Assembly: GCA_973895155.1 (NCBI GenBank)
Contig: OZ316898.1
Span: 11,555,187-11,619,186, forward strand
Reading direction: 5' to 3'
Length of the DNA stretch: 64,000 nt
Origin: Marsupella aquatica
Taxonomy: Eukaryota; Plantae; Marchantiophyta
Under the pieces are notes generated by a model. It was not told the origin of the DNA and searched no databases. It saw nothing but the letters and a program-made list of their open reading frames with translations. Made by a program: the position numbers and the translations under genes. Shown here piece after piece: positions 38,606-49,856 of this stretch (its first letter is position 1; the number at the start of each line of letters is the position of its first letter).

Positions 38606-41600
38606 ATGTCACGGCGTACAATGTCCGAGAAGAGACATGTCGCATGAAGGCGTGCAATAAACACCTGTGCCGAGTCACTAAGTCCGTTATGTCAAGGATG
38701 GGCCTCAGCCCCATTGTATCTCCAAGAATGGAGAGAAGTCTGCCAAAAGACAATCCAAGGCATGAAGGTGTGCGGGATGTGCGGACTAGTTCGATACGGA
38801 AACACTCCGAGGATCGACAAGACATTCACCACCGTACCAAAGGTGAACATGACGCCGTACGGCATATGCAACGCATTTGTCAACCAGTACATTGAGAACC
38901 AAGATGGAACAATCAACGTGTGCATGACTTGCGTGCGAAACCCTGCCCGTATCCAGATAAACTCCTTCATATCTCTGCAATATGCGATCGACATCCTAGC
39001 CGCGAAGCCGTTGTACATGCAATTGCTCTCGCTAATCGACTGTCGACTAGGCATCATACAAAAGTACAATGGCTTCCACTCTGGCTTCTACAAAAAGGAA
39101 AGCCTCCTTGACAACCCGCTCATATCCTGGAATCTCGACACGCTAGAGTGCAATAATCGAGAGGAGATCATGCGACAGATATACAAAGTCATGGAACTCA
39201 ATTTGACGACCAACCAACTTTTCAAAAGATACGTTTCATTGGTCGAACTACCAGACCCGTCACTGGGACTGTGCATCCTAAGTTCCGACGGAGTAGAGAA
39301 CATCATCAAAGACAAGAGGGCAAAGGGAATAACCACGAGATCCATGAACTTTGACCCATTCGACCCCGACCTGCACATCCTCCAAGATGTGCATTACCGG
39401 ATCCTGACTTCACACAAGCGCAAGTACCAGGTCTTTCGTTCCGGCACCGTGTACGACCGCAAGAGAATGTGCTCCGAAGAGAGCGTCAACACCAATGCGG
39501 AAGGACTGTCAAACGATCCACAATTGACATTGGAAAATGCAATGTTCCCGTTCTTGTTCGTCCACTCGAGGGGTTTCCATCGAGGACAACTCAGCTTGAT
39601 CGACTACATGAAACGAAGGACACAACAGTTGTTCAGCATATTCACTTTGTACAAGCCGTACATGCTTATCATGTACCAATTGCGACAGGCCAGCCAAGTA
39701 GCAAGCATGAGCAGGACGATAGTAATCGACAAGGAATACATGCAGATCAAGGAGAGGTGCCCCCACTTTAGCGAGAAGGAAATATACAAAATGCTGATAA
39801 AAAAGACAATCACGCAGGCCGTTCCTGGGAGCCCGGCATGGCACGGAAGACACCTCGACGACCTCAAGTGCATGGTGAGAAAATGGGGACTGCCCCACTT
39901 CTTCCTCACGCTCACTTGTGACGAGATCAGCGACATCCGTTGGCCTGAGATCGCCGACCTCGAGAACATTGTGAAGAGGATGAATCCGACCTTCTCATGG
40001 AAAGATTGTCCTGTCGAATGCGCCGTGCTCTTCCACGAACGAATCCAACGTTTTTTCAAGGATTACATTTTGTCGAAACGCGCCATAATTGGAAATGTGA
40101 TCCACTACGTCATCAGGTATGAGTTGCAGGGCCGCGGATCACTCCATGCCCACACGGTGCTATGGGTCAAGGATTGCGACGTCGATCGAGTCACAAACGA
40201 AATTGCCGCATTCATCCCTGGCAGATTCGACTTGACATCCGGCAGATTCGAAGAGCCGAATGGACTTGAAGAAAAGACCCTGTATCGCAACGTCATGACG
40301 AAACAACTTCACTACTGCAAGGAGGGCTTGTGCTTGCAAAGGCATTCCCAAACCGGCCTCAAGTACTGCAAGTTGGGTTTCCCCCAAGAAACTCACCTCG
40401 ACAAAGATGTAGCCATCAACCTCGCCACGGGGAAATGGAGGTACCACAGGCCAAGTGACCACCACCGAAATGTCGTGCCATACCACCCGCTCGTGTTGCT
40501 GTTGTGGGGCGCGCACATGAACCTGCAGCGCGTCACAAACGCGGCTTGGTCATTCTATTTGCTCAAGTACGCGATCAAATGCGAGCCCCTGGGATCACTC
40601 CAGCTCAATGCGAACGATGCGCGCATTCTAGGACTCGAGGACCTGTCTGAAGTCCAACTCAAGCTCGTCAGCGGAGCCGTCCTGTCTCGGAGCGTGTGCG
40701 CCACGTAGGCGGCCTTGACGTGCCTCAAAATCAGCATCATCCATCGCTCGGAGACTGTGGCGTTCATGGACTCGTCGCCTCCGGAACTGAGGTCCGCCAT
40801 CTACCGTAAGTCCTCGGGGATATGTTTACATCCCACCAGACTCTACGCACAGAGGCCCGAGGACATGTTTGCACTGTCCTTCTACGACTACTTCATCAAC
40901 CACGAGGTCCTCACCAATAAGAAAAGCACCACCAAAGACTACGTCAGCAGGGATTTGCAAGGCAATTTCGTGTATCGGACGGATCGGCTCGTGCGATTTT
41001 CGGAGTATCATCCAGTATACAAGATGAATGGCTTCTTCTACAACTACCTCCTGAAGGTCGTGAGATTCCATGCAGAAGGCGAGATTCTCCTCAGGCCCAT
41101 AAGCGAGACGTGGAGCTACTTGCACGAGTGCATACACCGCAAGTTGATAACCAGCGTCGACGACGTGCACAAGTTGGTGCTTGAATATTGCGCATCGCAC
41201 CTCTACTCCACCCACCACACATCCCACCTGCTCCAGGAGCTGAACGAAAAGCTTCCCCACCAAATTTTCAACGACGCGGCCACATTCCAAGCGGCCCCCA
41301 CCGTCACCGTAGAGAAACCGATCGGTGCGGTGCTCAATGACAAAACTCTCCCTACCGTCAACTTGACTCTGGACCAAATCAGAGTGTTTGAGGCACTCAA
41401 GGATGTCAAGAGCGGTCTGTTCATGATCGATGGAAATCCGGGATCCGACAAGACTTTCTTCATCTCTTTCATGAACAAATACTGGACATATAAAGGGAGG
41501 AAGGTGAAGATGTGTGCCACCACGGGCGCGGCTGCCATAAACCTTAACGCCGACGCGGTGACAATGCATTCCTTGTTCAGCATTCCAATACACGGAGAGC

Positions 41601-42730
41601 TCAGGCCTCTGCACATCACCAGTTCCCAATACCACACCTTGAGGAACAATGACGTGTTCGTCATAGACGAGGCGAGCATGCTGACACCCAAACTGTTGCG
41701 TTGCGTCTCCACAAGACTACACGAGACACTCCAAGACGAAGACCGCTCGTCCGACCCATTCCAAAATAAGATGGTCATCCTGGTCGGAGACATGTGCCAA
41801 TTGCCTCCGATTTGCACCCACCACTCCAACGACATATGCAGGTCATGCCACCTCTCGTCGTAGCCATATTTTGAGACCATGCGGAAATTTCACCTCAGCA
41901 CTGTGCTCAGACAGAGCACAGACCGGGAGTTCATGGAGTTCCTTAACAACATCCGCACAGGCCTCCCTACCCAAGAATCGATCGATGAGTGCCTGGGACG
42001 ATGTTACGTGTCCAAAAAAGAAGCCCATGATTTCTTCGACGCCTCGACGACCGTGATATGCACACATAGGGAAACAGTCGACAACTACAACGAACGGGCA
42101 TTACGGAGATTTTTTCCACGCCAAGAGATCGTGCCCGTCCCAATACTCACCAATGCCCCTTCAGACGAATCCACCTGGCCTTGGATACAAGATCCCTCCT
42201 TCCACACACTGACGAACGTTGCAATCGGATGCAAGGTGATTCTCACACACAACATCGACCTCTCTAAGCAAGCCGCGAACGGCAACGGAGGAATCGTGGA
42301 GAAAATCACTACAGAAGCCGAAGGCAAAATGTCGATTTTTGTGAGAATGTCTTCCAACCACTGCCTCGTAAAGATCAACCGCACGGTTCACGAGAACAAG
42401 TTCATCTCGGGACAGCAAACCCATCGGAAATCCACTTTCCCTCTCATGCTCGGATACGCCATAACAGGTCACAAGAGCCAAGGTTGCACACTAGCGGGCA
42501 AGGTCGTGCTAGAAATAAACAGTGCATTCACACCGGGACTGGTGTACGTTATGTTGAGTAGGGTCACAAATAGAGCATCCATGCGCATTGTTGGAGATCT
42601 TACGCCGCCGGACTTCAAAGTGTTCCACTTACCAATTCGTCGTGTTCAACAAGCAGATGTCGACCACCAAAGGCAACAAGGCAGTGAAGGCATCACAACA
42701 ACAACGAGAAACGATGGCAGGCGCAAATAG
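38606..42730 (+). pseudogene. RepHel transposase (HUH Rep plus Pif1 SF1B helicase), about 1374 codons, intronless, 3 in-frame stops
   Basis: ORFs at 38714, 40715 and 41879 share one frame, which extends to ATG 38606. Stops: TGA 38645, TAG 40706, TAG 41861. Rep motifs FFLTLTCDE, YELQGRGSLHAH, YLLKYAIK. Helicase motifs GNPGSDKT (Walker A G>D), VIDEASM, GDMCQLPP, LRQ, GYAITGHKSQGCT, YVMLSRV. N-terminal CxxC...CxxC. Confidence 0.93.
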
Positions 42731-43526
42731 CAATCCGACGAGCGCTACTCCTACAACAGTTCAGGTAAACGGTGTCCACTTCATACTTCACATTGTTGAT
42801 GCAAGCGATATATAATGAAATGATGATACAAAAGTTGCAAGATTCATTAACATTGACGGGCACTATTGTTCTAACACATTGTTCACGTCTTTCCTGTGCA
42901 GCCCATGACAGCCGTGGAGATGGCAAGGATGATCATGAGAGAGCTGCCGTCGGATGACTTCCGGACTGACGAGGAGGTAACGGCTAAACAAATTGCTTTC
43001 GGCAACGGTCTCGGAATCGAGACAACTGAGATGGTGAACGGGATCAAGAGGAGAGATCTGTCGAAGATGATCGAGGAGAGGAAAGTGTTCAAGGCCGACT
43101 TCTACGATCATTACGGAGATAAACCGGCGACCGGTAAGCACAAAGAGAAAACCCCCAATAAAAAATGAATTCAACCATCTCATGCACACATTAAGCACTA
43201 ACTCCGTGTTGAAAACAAATGCAGGTGTCATGAAGGAGATTCTTAGGTACATGGCAGTTCCGTTCGAGGAAGACCAGCTCACTTACAAGGACGGGATGCG
43301 TGAGTACATCCAGGTCACAAAGGGAGCTCGTCTAGAGCAACTGACTAGACTGAGGCATGATTTCAAGATGCCACTTGATATGTTGGTAGGGCTGACACAT
43401 CAGCAATCCCAGTCCCTGATCGACAGGCTGAGAAGGAGCAACGACCAGGGGCTGCTATCTGACGTCCCTGCCCAAACAACAACGGAACAACCCACCACAT
43501 CCAAGCGGAAATTCAACGCGATGTGA
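42657..43526 (+). CDS. Intact 3-exon orphan accessory gene (213 aa) overlapping the RepHel 3' end
   Basis: Exons 42657-42764 (CAG|GTAAAC), 42902-43133 (TGCAG| ... G|GTAAGC) and 43225-43526 (TGCAG|). Phases 0 and 1 match; 642 nt with no internal stop; AT-rich introns; C-terminal SKRKF (NLS-like); AATAAA at about 43608. Confidence 0.75.
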
Positions 43527-44513
43527 CAGTTGTTTCCGTGATGTAGTACAAGTTTCATTTTTCAGAACAATGTGGTGTATCATGCAAAAACAAATTATGA
43601 CGAGTTCCAATAAAAATAGTCATTGCCGGAAACATATTTATCTATATCAAAAATAACTATCTACTTTTTAACACATTTTTTATCTGTATCAATAACTATC
43701 CAATTTTCAATCTCAAAAGAATAAAAACAGGTAGGGGTCCACGAACTAATTTGCTATACCTTTACTTCTACGCATATTACTCTGATATAGCTGCCCTAAA
43801 CTCTACACAGATACCGAGTCTACAATCTTAAATTCGTTTTCAATATATTTCTATATTTTTAAATTTTTGGGGGAATTTATATCAATCCAGTACCATAGCT
43901 TAGCTTGCCAACTAGGTATATACACTATACCTTTACCTGGCAGTATAAGAAAACCCTATACCCGCCCAACTTTGATTTGGATCTTGAGTCAAATGAGGGA
44001 CGATTCACCCTCTATTCTTTTAAAACACAAATCGAAAGAAAAAATCACAAAGGGCATATTGAGTTACGGTGGTTTGACAGTGTAAGCACTGTCAAGTTCT
44101 GTTTGTCATCAGTCCCTCCTAAGGTACGTCGTGGGTCTTCCTCCGACCACACACAATTCCTCGATCGCACTGCATTCCTTCATTTCATCTCGTTTGGCGT
44201 GGGAAGGGAAGCTCGTCTCGACGTGGCGCTCAATCGACAACGCGGGGAACCTTGCCATCGAATTTAGCATAGTTGTACTCTCTCGTCTTTCGTCTGGTGG
44301 ATTTGATGGTCGTCCTCTTGGCTTCTTAGGCGGTGCAATTCTCGAACTCCATCTCCAGGTGTGTTTTCATTGCATGCTCTTGGTACCGTGTTGTTGGTGT
44401 GTTGACGGTTAGTTCGTGGTGAAGATTCGGAAGTCGTGTTGGTTGTGGTTTCATGATTTGTGGCTTGGGGTTGCTTTGACACAACTATCGGAAAAGAAAT
44501 TGCGCTTCCATCG

Positions 44514-45052
44514 GAGGGGAGACTGACCTGAGTGTCGAATGACATCTCTCGCTGCAAATCATCATCGACGTCGACCGCTATCAAGGTAGTGATGGCGAGG
44601 GATCGACGTTGTCCGGCCACCCGATCTCCTCAAGCTAATCGTGAAGCCCGACGGTGTTGTAGGGGGCGTCCTTGCGAGGCTCCTTGACGGGCCTCTCGTA
44701 CTGCTCCTCCTCATCCGAAGACGAATTGTCCTCGTCGGACTCCCCGCTCTCTGAGTAATCACATAATCTTCCAGATCGGTCATATTTTTCTTCGCGTCTC
44801 GGTGCAATTCTAAACAATCAGCTAACGAGCGATTGACGGGAGGGTTGTCGTAGAGCAATCAATCGAATTGAACACGGAGGGGAAAGCTCGCTCTTTAGTG
44901 GGGCGAAGAGCTCGCGAACAGTGGTAAAGCAGTGCGAAAGGGTCTCGATACGAAAGAAAGCTTGGAAACGAGTCTGCATTGCGATTCTGTTCTACGGTTT
45001 TGCGGGTTTAGGGTTTAAAGGGAGACCTCAGTTTAGAGGTGTCGCCTTCAAT
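44514..45052 (-). pseudogene. Inverted, frameshifted duplicate of the EBP2 promoter, exon 1 and intron start
   Basis: Reverse complement matches 27884-28440 (telo-box, DYSESGESDEDNSSSDEEEQ, VDVDDDLQREMSF, CAG|GTCAGTCTCCCCTC). Indels break the frame. Confidence 0.93.
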
Positions 45053-45581
45053 GAGTCTCTAAACTTGTCAATACGGAAAACAGAACACCCATTCCTTTTG
45101 GCTTCCTTAGGGGTTTCAGCCAAACAAATTTTTATGGCTCAGGACATGTATTCAGTAGGGCACTTGTGAGCACCACCTTTGATTGGTATGAGAAACAAGG
45201 TCATTGCCAAACTTAACGAGTTCATGATGAGGTAGTTTCATTAGACTTTCTGGCGGAGATGTAGTCCAAGTGATCCCATTTTGTCTGAACAAAGGAAACC
45301 ATGAATCCCTTTCGTGTCGCAAATGATCATACCGGGACCGATCACCAGCTTAGCATGAAACGAGTTGTCGTGGTGGTTTGGAATGACACACGAAAGGACC
45401 TCTAGCAATCCTTTTGTCGTTGGGTTGTCAGAGAGAAGTATACTTCCTCGGACCGCTACCACTCGTGGCTCCAGATAATTTATTTTTGGTCTTCACATTT
45501 CGATATAGCGCTTCGTTTCTCTTCTGAGATGAATTTGTCCTCTCTTTGTGTTCGCTTCTGTGTAGGCCTCCGTCAGGAACA

Positions 45582-45836
45582 ATGAGGGGAGACGTTTCCA
45601 ACACATCTTCAGGTGCTCTCTCGTCTTCATCAGCAAATATGGGAAATCTAATAGAAGATAATAACCACGCTCAACAAGGTAGCTCTACGACTCCGAAGAA
45701 GAAAATATGTTGTGCGTGTCCTGATACCAAGAGGTTGAGGGACGAGTGTATAGTTTCACACGGCGAGGATGCATGCGGCAAGTGGATCAATGCCCACAAA
45801 ATGTGCCTACGTGCCGAAGGTTTCAAGGTACAATGA
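45582..45836 (+). CDS. COX17: Cytochrome c oxidase copper chaperone COX17
   Basis: [44 protein letters not shown]: CCxC copper site plus twin Cx9C. 5'UTR intron acceptor at 45565. The start could alternatively be ATG 45639. Confidence 0.95.
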   Translation: MRGDVSNTSSGALSSSSANMGNLIEDNNHAQQGSSTTPKKKICCACPDTKRLRDECIVSHGEDACGKWINAHKMCLRAEGFKVQ

Positions 45837-47355
45837 AGAGTGTGCTTCCAGCTTTCTGAATACTATTTTGTCGTAATTATATCTTTGAGAAGATTCAAGG
45901 CCCTTTGCTAGAATATAGGCTTACGGTAAAAAGAATTCTAGGTACCTAGAGGACTGTGAAGTATGTGCTTCCATCTAGGTCATAGAAGCATTCCAAATTT
46001 CTTTGCTCGCATTCATCATAGATAAACTTCTCTTATGCATTGTGATGTCGATTGATCCTTGACAGGTCTAACCGGAGCAAATGGATTAGCGTAGAGCTAT
46101 TGAAGTGGCAATTTTGCGATTCTTCTACTGACTCGGAATGGCAGCTCAGAGCAGCTCAAAGTCGCTGTATATGAGTGCCCGCTGTCTCAGTCTCTGGACT
46201 CCAAATCAATTTCGTTGTGGTGGGTGCCGCTATTTCTCTCTGAGACTGGCTAATCATTGAGGTCATCTTACAGGCATAAAGAACAAATTCAGTACGAGAC
46301 AAGCAAATAATCTTCTGGTTTCATTTCTAGTGTGCCCACGATCATCTGAAACCAATTGTATGGGCTTCAAGCTCCTGCTACCTTCTTGAACCGATGTCGT
46401 TCAGAAATAAAGTGTTCTAGTCGTTGAATATGAATGTCTATGAGGAAATAGCCACGATGAATAACTCTCCGTAATTTCATCTCAAGTAGGATGTTGGAGC
46501 TGGCAGTTTAAAATTCCTCTACCTGATCCTGAGGAAATTACTCATAATTTTTCATGGTTGAGCTTATTGTTTGGAGAAAGACGAGTGAGTCAAGGTCAAG
46601 CAAAATGGCTACATATGGTGAAACGCAATTAGCAAATAGCTAGTAATTGTCCATAGGCACAGTAATCGTCAATGTTTTGTTCCACCTCACGAAAACAAAG
46701 TGGCTATTGTCAATACATATCTGCACATTGATATTGATAGGCTACTTCATCATTCGGTTCGTGAGCAACGGTTGGTTTCTCACTTGCGCTATCGTAATAT
46801 TGGGTAGTTTGGGGTTTGGGGGACATGTTAGTAAAAACTTTTTCATAATAAAACAAAAGCAGTTGCATCTCCTGTTGTCAATCCAGCTCTGCTTGTTGCA
46901 AAGGGTTCCGCAAATGCTGAGGGCAGCTTTCCTTCAGGGCTGCCACATGCGAGTTGGACCTTATGATGGGACTTTCATCCAGGCCTTTAAACTCAATGGG
47001 ATGCCAAAATGCTCTTAGTATGAAATCAACTTTTTCCTACATTAAATCTATGTGATCCAAGTTAAAATGTATGTTTCATGCCAAAATGCTCTAAGTATGA
47101 AATTAACTTTTTTGTACATTAAATCTATGTCCCTCAAGTTAAAATGCATGTTTCATCCCATGCACACTCAAGATCCTATCTGATCAGAAGTTCGGGAAAG
47201 AGATTTCATCCCCACTAATAGCTCACTGGGGAGGAGATGTGACTCATTTCGAAATGCTGCTATAGTGTGTAAAAGCTTTACAATCTCTCCCTAGTTATGG
47301 AAAGAAGTTAATATTACCCTGATTAAATGAAGGATTGTGGCCACAGTAGACTGGC

Positions 47356-47390
47356 AAGAGAAGAGAAGAGAAGAGAAGAGAAGAGAAGAG
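47356..47390. repeat. (AAGAG)n microsatellite
   Basis: About 7 perfect pentamer copies. Confidence 0.9.
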
Positions 47391-47700
47391 ACCAGTGTTT
47401 TTCTGTAGTGTCCAGTTCTTGCAAATTCAAACCCAAGATTTGAGCTGGCTATCTATACAAAGCGGAAGAAATGAGATTTACTGGGATTGCCAAAGTTCTT
47501 ATTCCTTTGAGGCCCAGGTCACTGCATACAATGGCACTCCTAAATATCCAGATTTGACTGTGCATGCTTCTCCACGAAAGAGAAGTATCATAAAGGGCGT
47601 TAAGAATATAGCATCATCCTGTTTAGAGGGCATTGTGTGCCATAGTGCTTTGAAAAAAAGTGCTTTTGCTAGAGTGTCAAGGGTCTATTGTTGTCCATAA

Positions 47701-47895
47701 TGCTTTGGTAAGAGTCCATTAAGGCACTTAAAGGCTTAAGAGATTTTTGTTTTACTGATTGTAGTACAAGTAGAGGAGAATCTTCATACTAAGGTGATGC
47801 TTTGGTAAGAGTCCATTAAGGCACTTAAAGGCTTAAGAGATTTTTGTTTTACTGATTGTAGTACAAGTAGAGGAGAATCTTCATACTAAGGTGAT
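47701..47895. repeat. Perfect ~97-bp tandem duplication
   Basis: tgctttggtaagagtccattaagg...catactaaggtga occurs twice, adjacent to the SINE head. Confidence 0.92.
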
Positions 47896-47920
47896 CCAAT
47901 ACTTCTCCAGAAAAGGCATC

Positions 47921-48113
47921 TGCCCTAGGTCAGTTGGCCAGAGGAGTAGCCTACAATTGAGAGGTCCCAGGTTCAATGCCCCCTACCCATCAAGGGTTGT
48001 GAATGGTATCTGTGTGTGTGGGTGGGGTGTAGCAGTGGAAATACTCTTTCTCCATAGCCCCTGGTTGGGCCTACTTTTGGGGCCCTGGTTTAACCCTCTC
48101 TCCCTCCACGGTT
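47921..48113 (+). mobile_element. tRNA-derived SINE (same family as 16128-16406), interrupted by a MITE
   Basis: TAGGTCAGTTGG...TGAGAGGTCCCAGGTTCAATGCC (B-box); shares GT-rich and gcccctggtt...taaccctctctcc segments with the 16-kb copy. Confidence 0.75.
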
Positions 48114-48114
48114 A

Positions 48115-48807
48115 GAGCATCTCCACCAGGACCCACAAACAGCCCCTAAACCTCCATTCAGAATGGATAGCGGTTTTTTTTTTTGCAGGCCCCCATAACA
48201 TCTCCCACCGCCACTGGGCAACCTTTACTCAGTTTGCAATCTTCCCTCAAATTGCTGACCCAGACTGCCAGATTTGGTTGCAGTGGCAGTTGGGGTCCGA
48301 AACTTCCACTTTGAGAGCCAGACAGATTGACGACAAATAATGTTGCACGCGTAAGCCATCGTAGGGGGATTGTCAATACTTCCTGCTGGCAATCTGAACA
48401 AAACCTGCCCCCAGAACTTGTGCTCCTCTTCCTCTATCATCTTGAACAGGTTGGCCCTCCAACTTTTTGTGGCAGCCATAGCAATGAACAAGAGGGCAAC
48501 AAATGCAAGAGGGACCAAAAATCAATCACATCAAGAATCTGTGTATGTTTAGGGTTTAGGGTTTTAGGCTTATCTCAAGCGACTCTTGGCAGTGTAGGAG
48601 AGCAGAGCCATGGATTGCAAACCCAATGATTCCTGGTTTTTTGCTCTATACGATCATTGGTTACGGAATGGGTGCCCATTTTGGGGGGTGCGGGTGAGGA
48701 TTGGCTTTAATGAACACAGCCCTTAAACCCTTCAGGCCCAAAAGTGGCCTGACAAATTGCCGATAGCAGTTGTCATCCACCTAACTAACCAGTGCCTGGA
48801 GATCCTC
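48115..48807. mobile_element. PIF/Harbinger-type non-autonomous element
   Basis: TIR GAGCATCTCCA / TGGAGATCCTC; TTA TSD at 48112-48114 and 48808-48810. Same TIR family as 24210-24644. Confidence 0.85.
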
Positions 48808-49856
48808 TTAAAGATCCCTGATAGATTTCCCTTGTGTTTACTGTACAAGGGACACATGCTCAGGAGTAGATAGTCTACCCTTTATTGGATGCCCGGTTTG
48901 GACTTGCCCGACAAATGAGGGGTCTGGACCCAGTCATCCATCATCCATCACACCCGGTCGCCCGGTCACCCGGGGTTGGGATCGCGGCCGGGTGGCAGGG
49001 TCGGGTCGGGTCGGGTCGGGCCGGGCGGGGCAAGGTGATCAGGCCAATCAGGTGGGTGGTGGGGGTCGGGCCAAGCGGCGGGAAGGGGTTTGGGAGTCCG
49101 GGAGAACCGGGGACTGGCCGGGAGGAAAGAGCCAGGACGGGAAGGGACCGGGAAGGGAAGGGACCGGGACGGGAAGGGGAGTCTGGGAAGGGGAGTCTGG
49201 GGGAGCCCGGGACCGGGCCAGGAAGGGGAGCCCGAGACTGGGGCCAGAGGGGTTCCGCAGAGTTTCGGACCGGCTGGGGAATAGAGAGGGATATGAGTCA
49301 TTTGGCTCTTTTGGAGCCATAATCTGACCAGTTTATGTGTAAGGCAACACGTAAAAGTGCCTGTAAGTGGGATTGGATGGGTCTGCTTTGGATTCCAAGG
49401 AAGCAAAATTTTAAAAACACTCCTCGAGAAATGCACAAGAAAGTACATGAAAATGACAAGGTAAAAAATCACGAAGGGCATTAACAGGTGATGTGCTGAC
49501 TTCTATCTAGGTGGAGAAAGGGCGAAAGAGAGGGTTGAGTCGCCAGCGCGTGTTTGGCAAGAGTGAATTATCTTCGTGCAGTGGAAGCTCAGCAATGCAG
49601 GTGGAGACTGATTTTGTGGTCGTATGTGAGATGTTTTCAGTCTGGAGATGCAGCTGATGTAGAGGAGAAGACGGGAAGTCTTGCACGGCGGCTGGAGTTT
49701 TCTTCGAAAGCGTTTTTCAGAAGAGTTGGAAACCCTATGCCTCTGGTGAACGAATTGGAGAGGGCGCCCATGCCGTGATGATTCGATGAAGTTCTGGTCG
49801 AGCGTGCAGCCGATGTTGGAATGATGTGAGGTGGAGTGAGTGGAGATAAGCGGAAG

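Larger units (their letters stand above)
36941..44100 (+). mobile_element. Helitron2/Helentron-type rolling-circle element with Gag/protease relics and an accessory gene (boundaries approximate)
   Basis: Left junction where the 780-bp repeat is truncated (T9 plus (TA)n). Hairpin cluster at 37056-37230, RepHel ORF, downstream spliced gene, and a 9-bp-stem hairpin at 44074-44095. Exact termini were not resolved. Confidence 0.6.

Noticed and set aside
40706-41863. TAG codon reassignment or programmed readthrough in RepHel
   Set aside because: The two TAGs do not obviously replace the same residue, and a TGA plus a Walker A G>D lesion are also present. Ordinary decay is simpler.
39088-42481. Long antisense ORFs (up to 269 aa) over RepHel
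   Set aside because: Shadow ORFs from codon bias of the sense gene; no recognisable motifs.
38606-42730. Replitron or ssDNA (CRESS) virus Rep
   Set aside because: The HUH domain is a two-tyrosine type fused to a Pif1 SF1 helicase, not helicase-less or SF3, which is the Helitron-like architecture.
48547-48568. Telomere-like TTTAGGG repeats
   Set aside because: Only 2-3 units inside a MITE; a telo-box-like motif, not an interstitial telomere.
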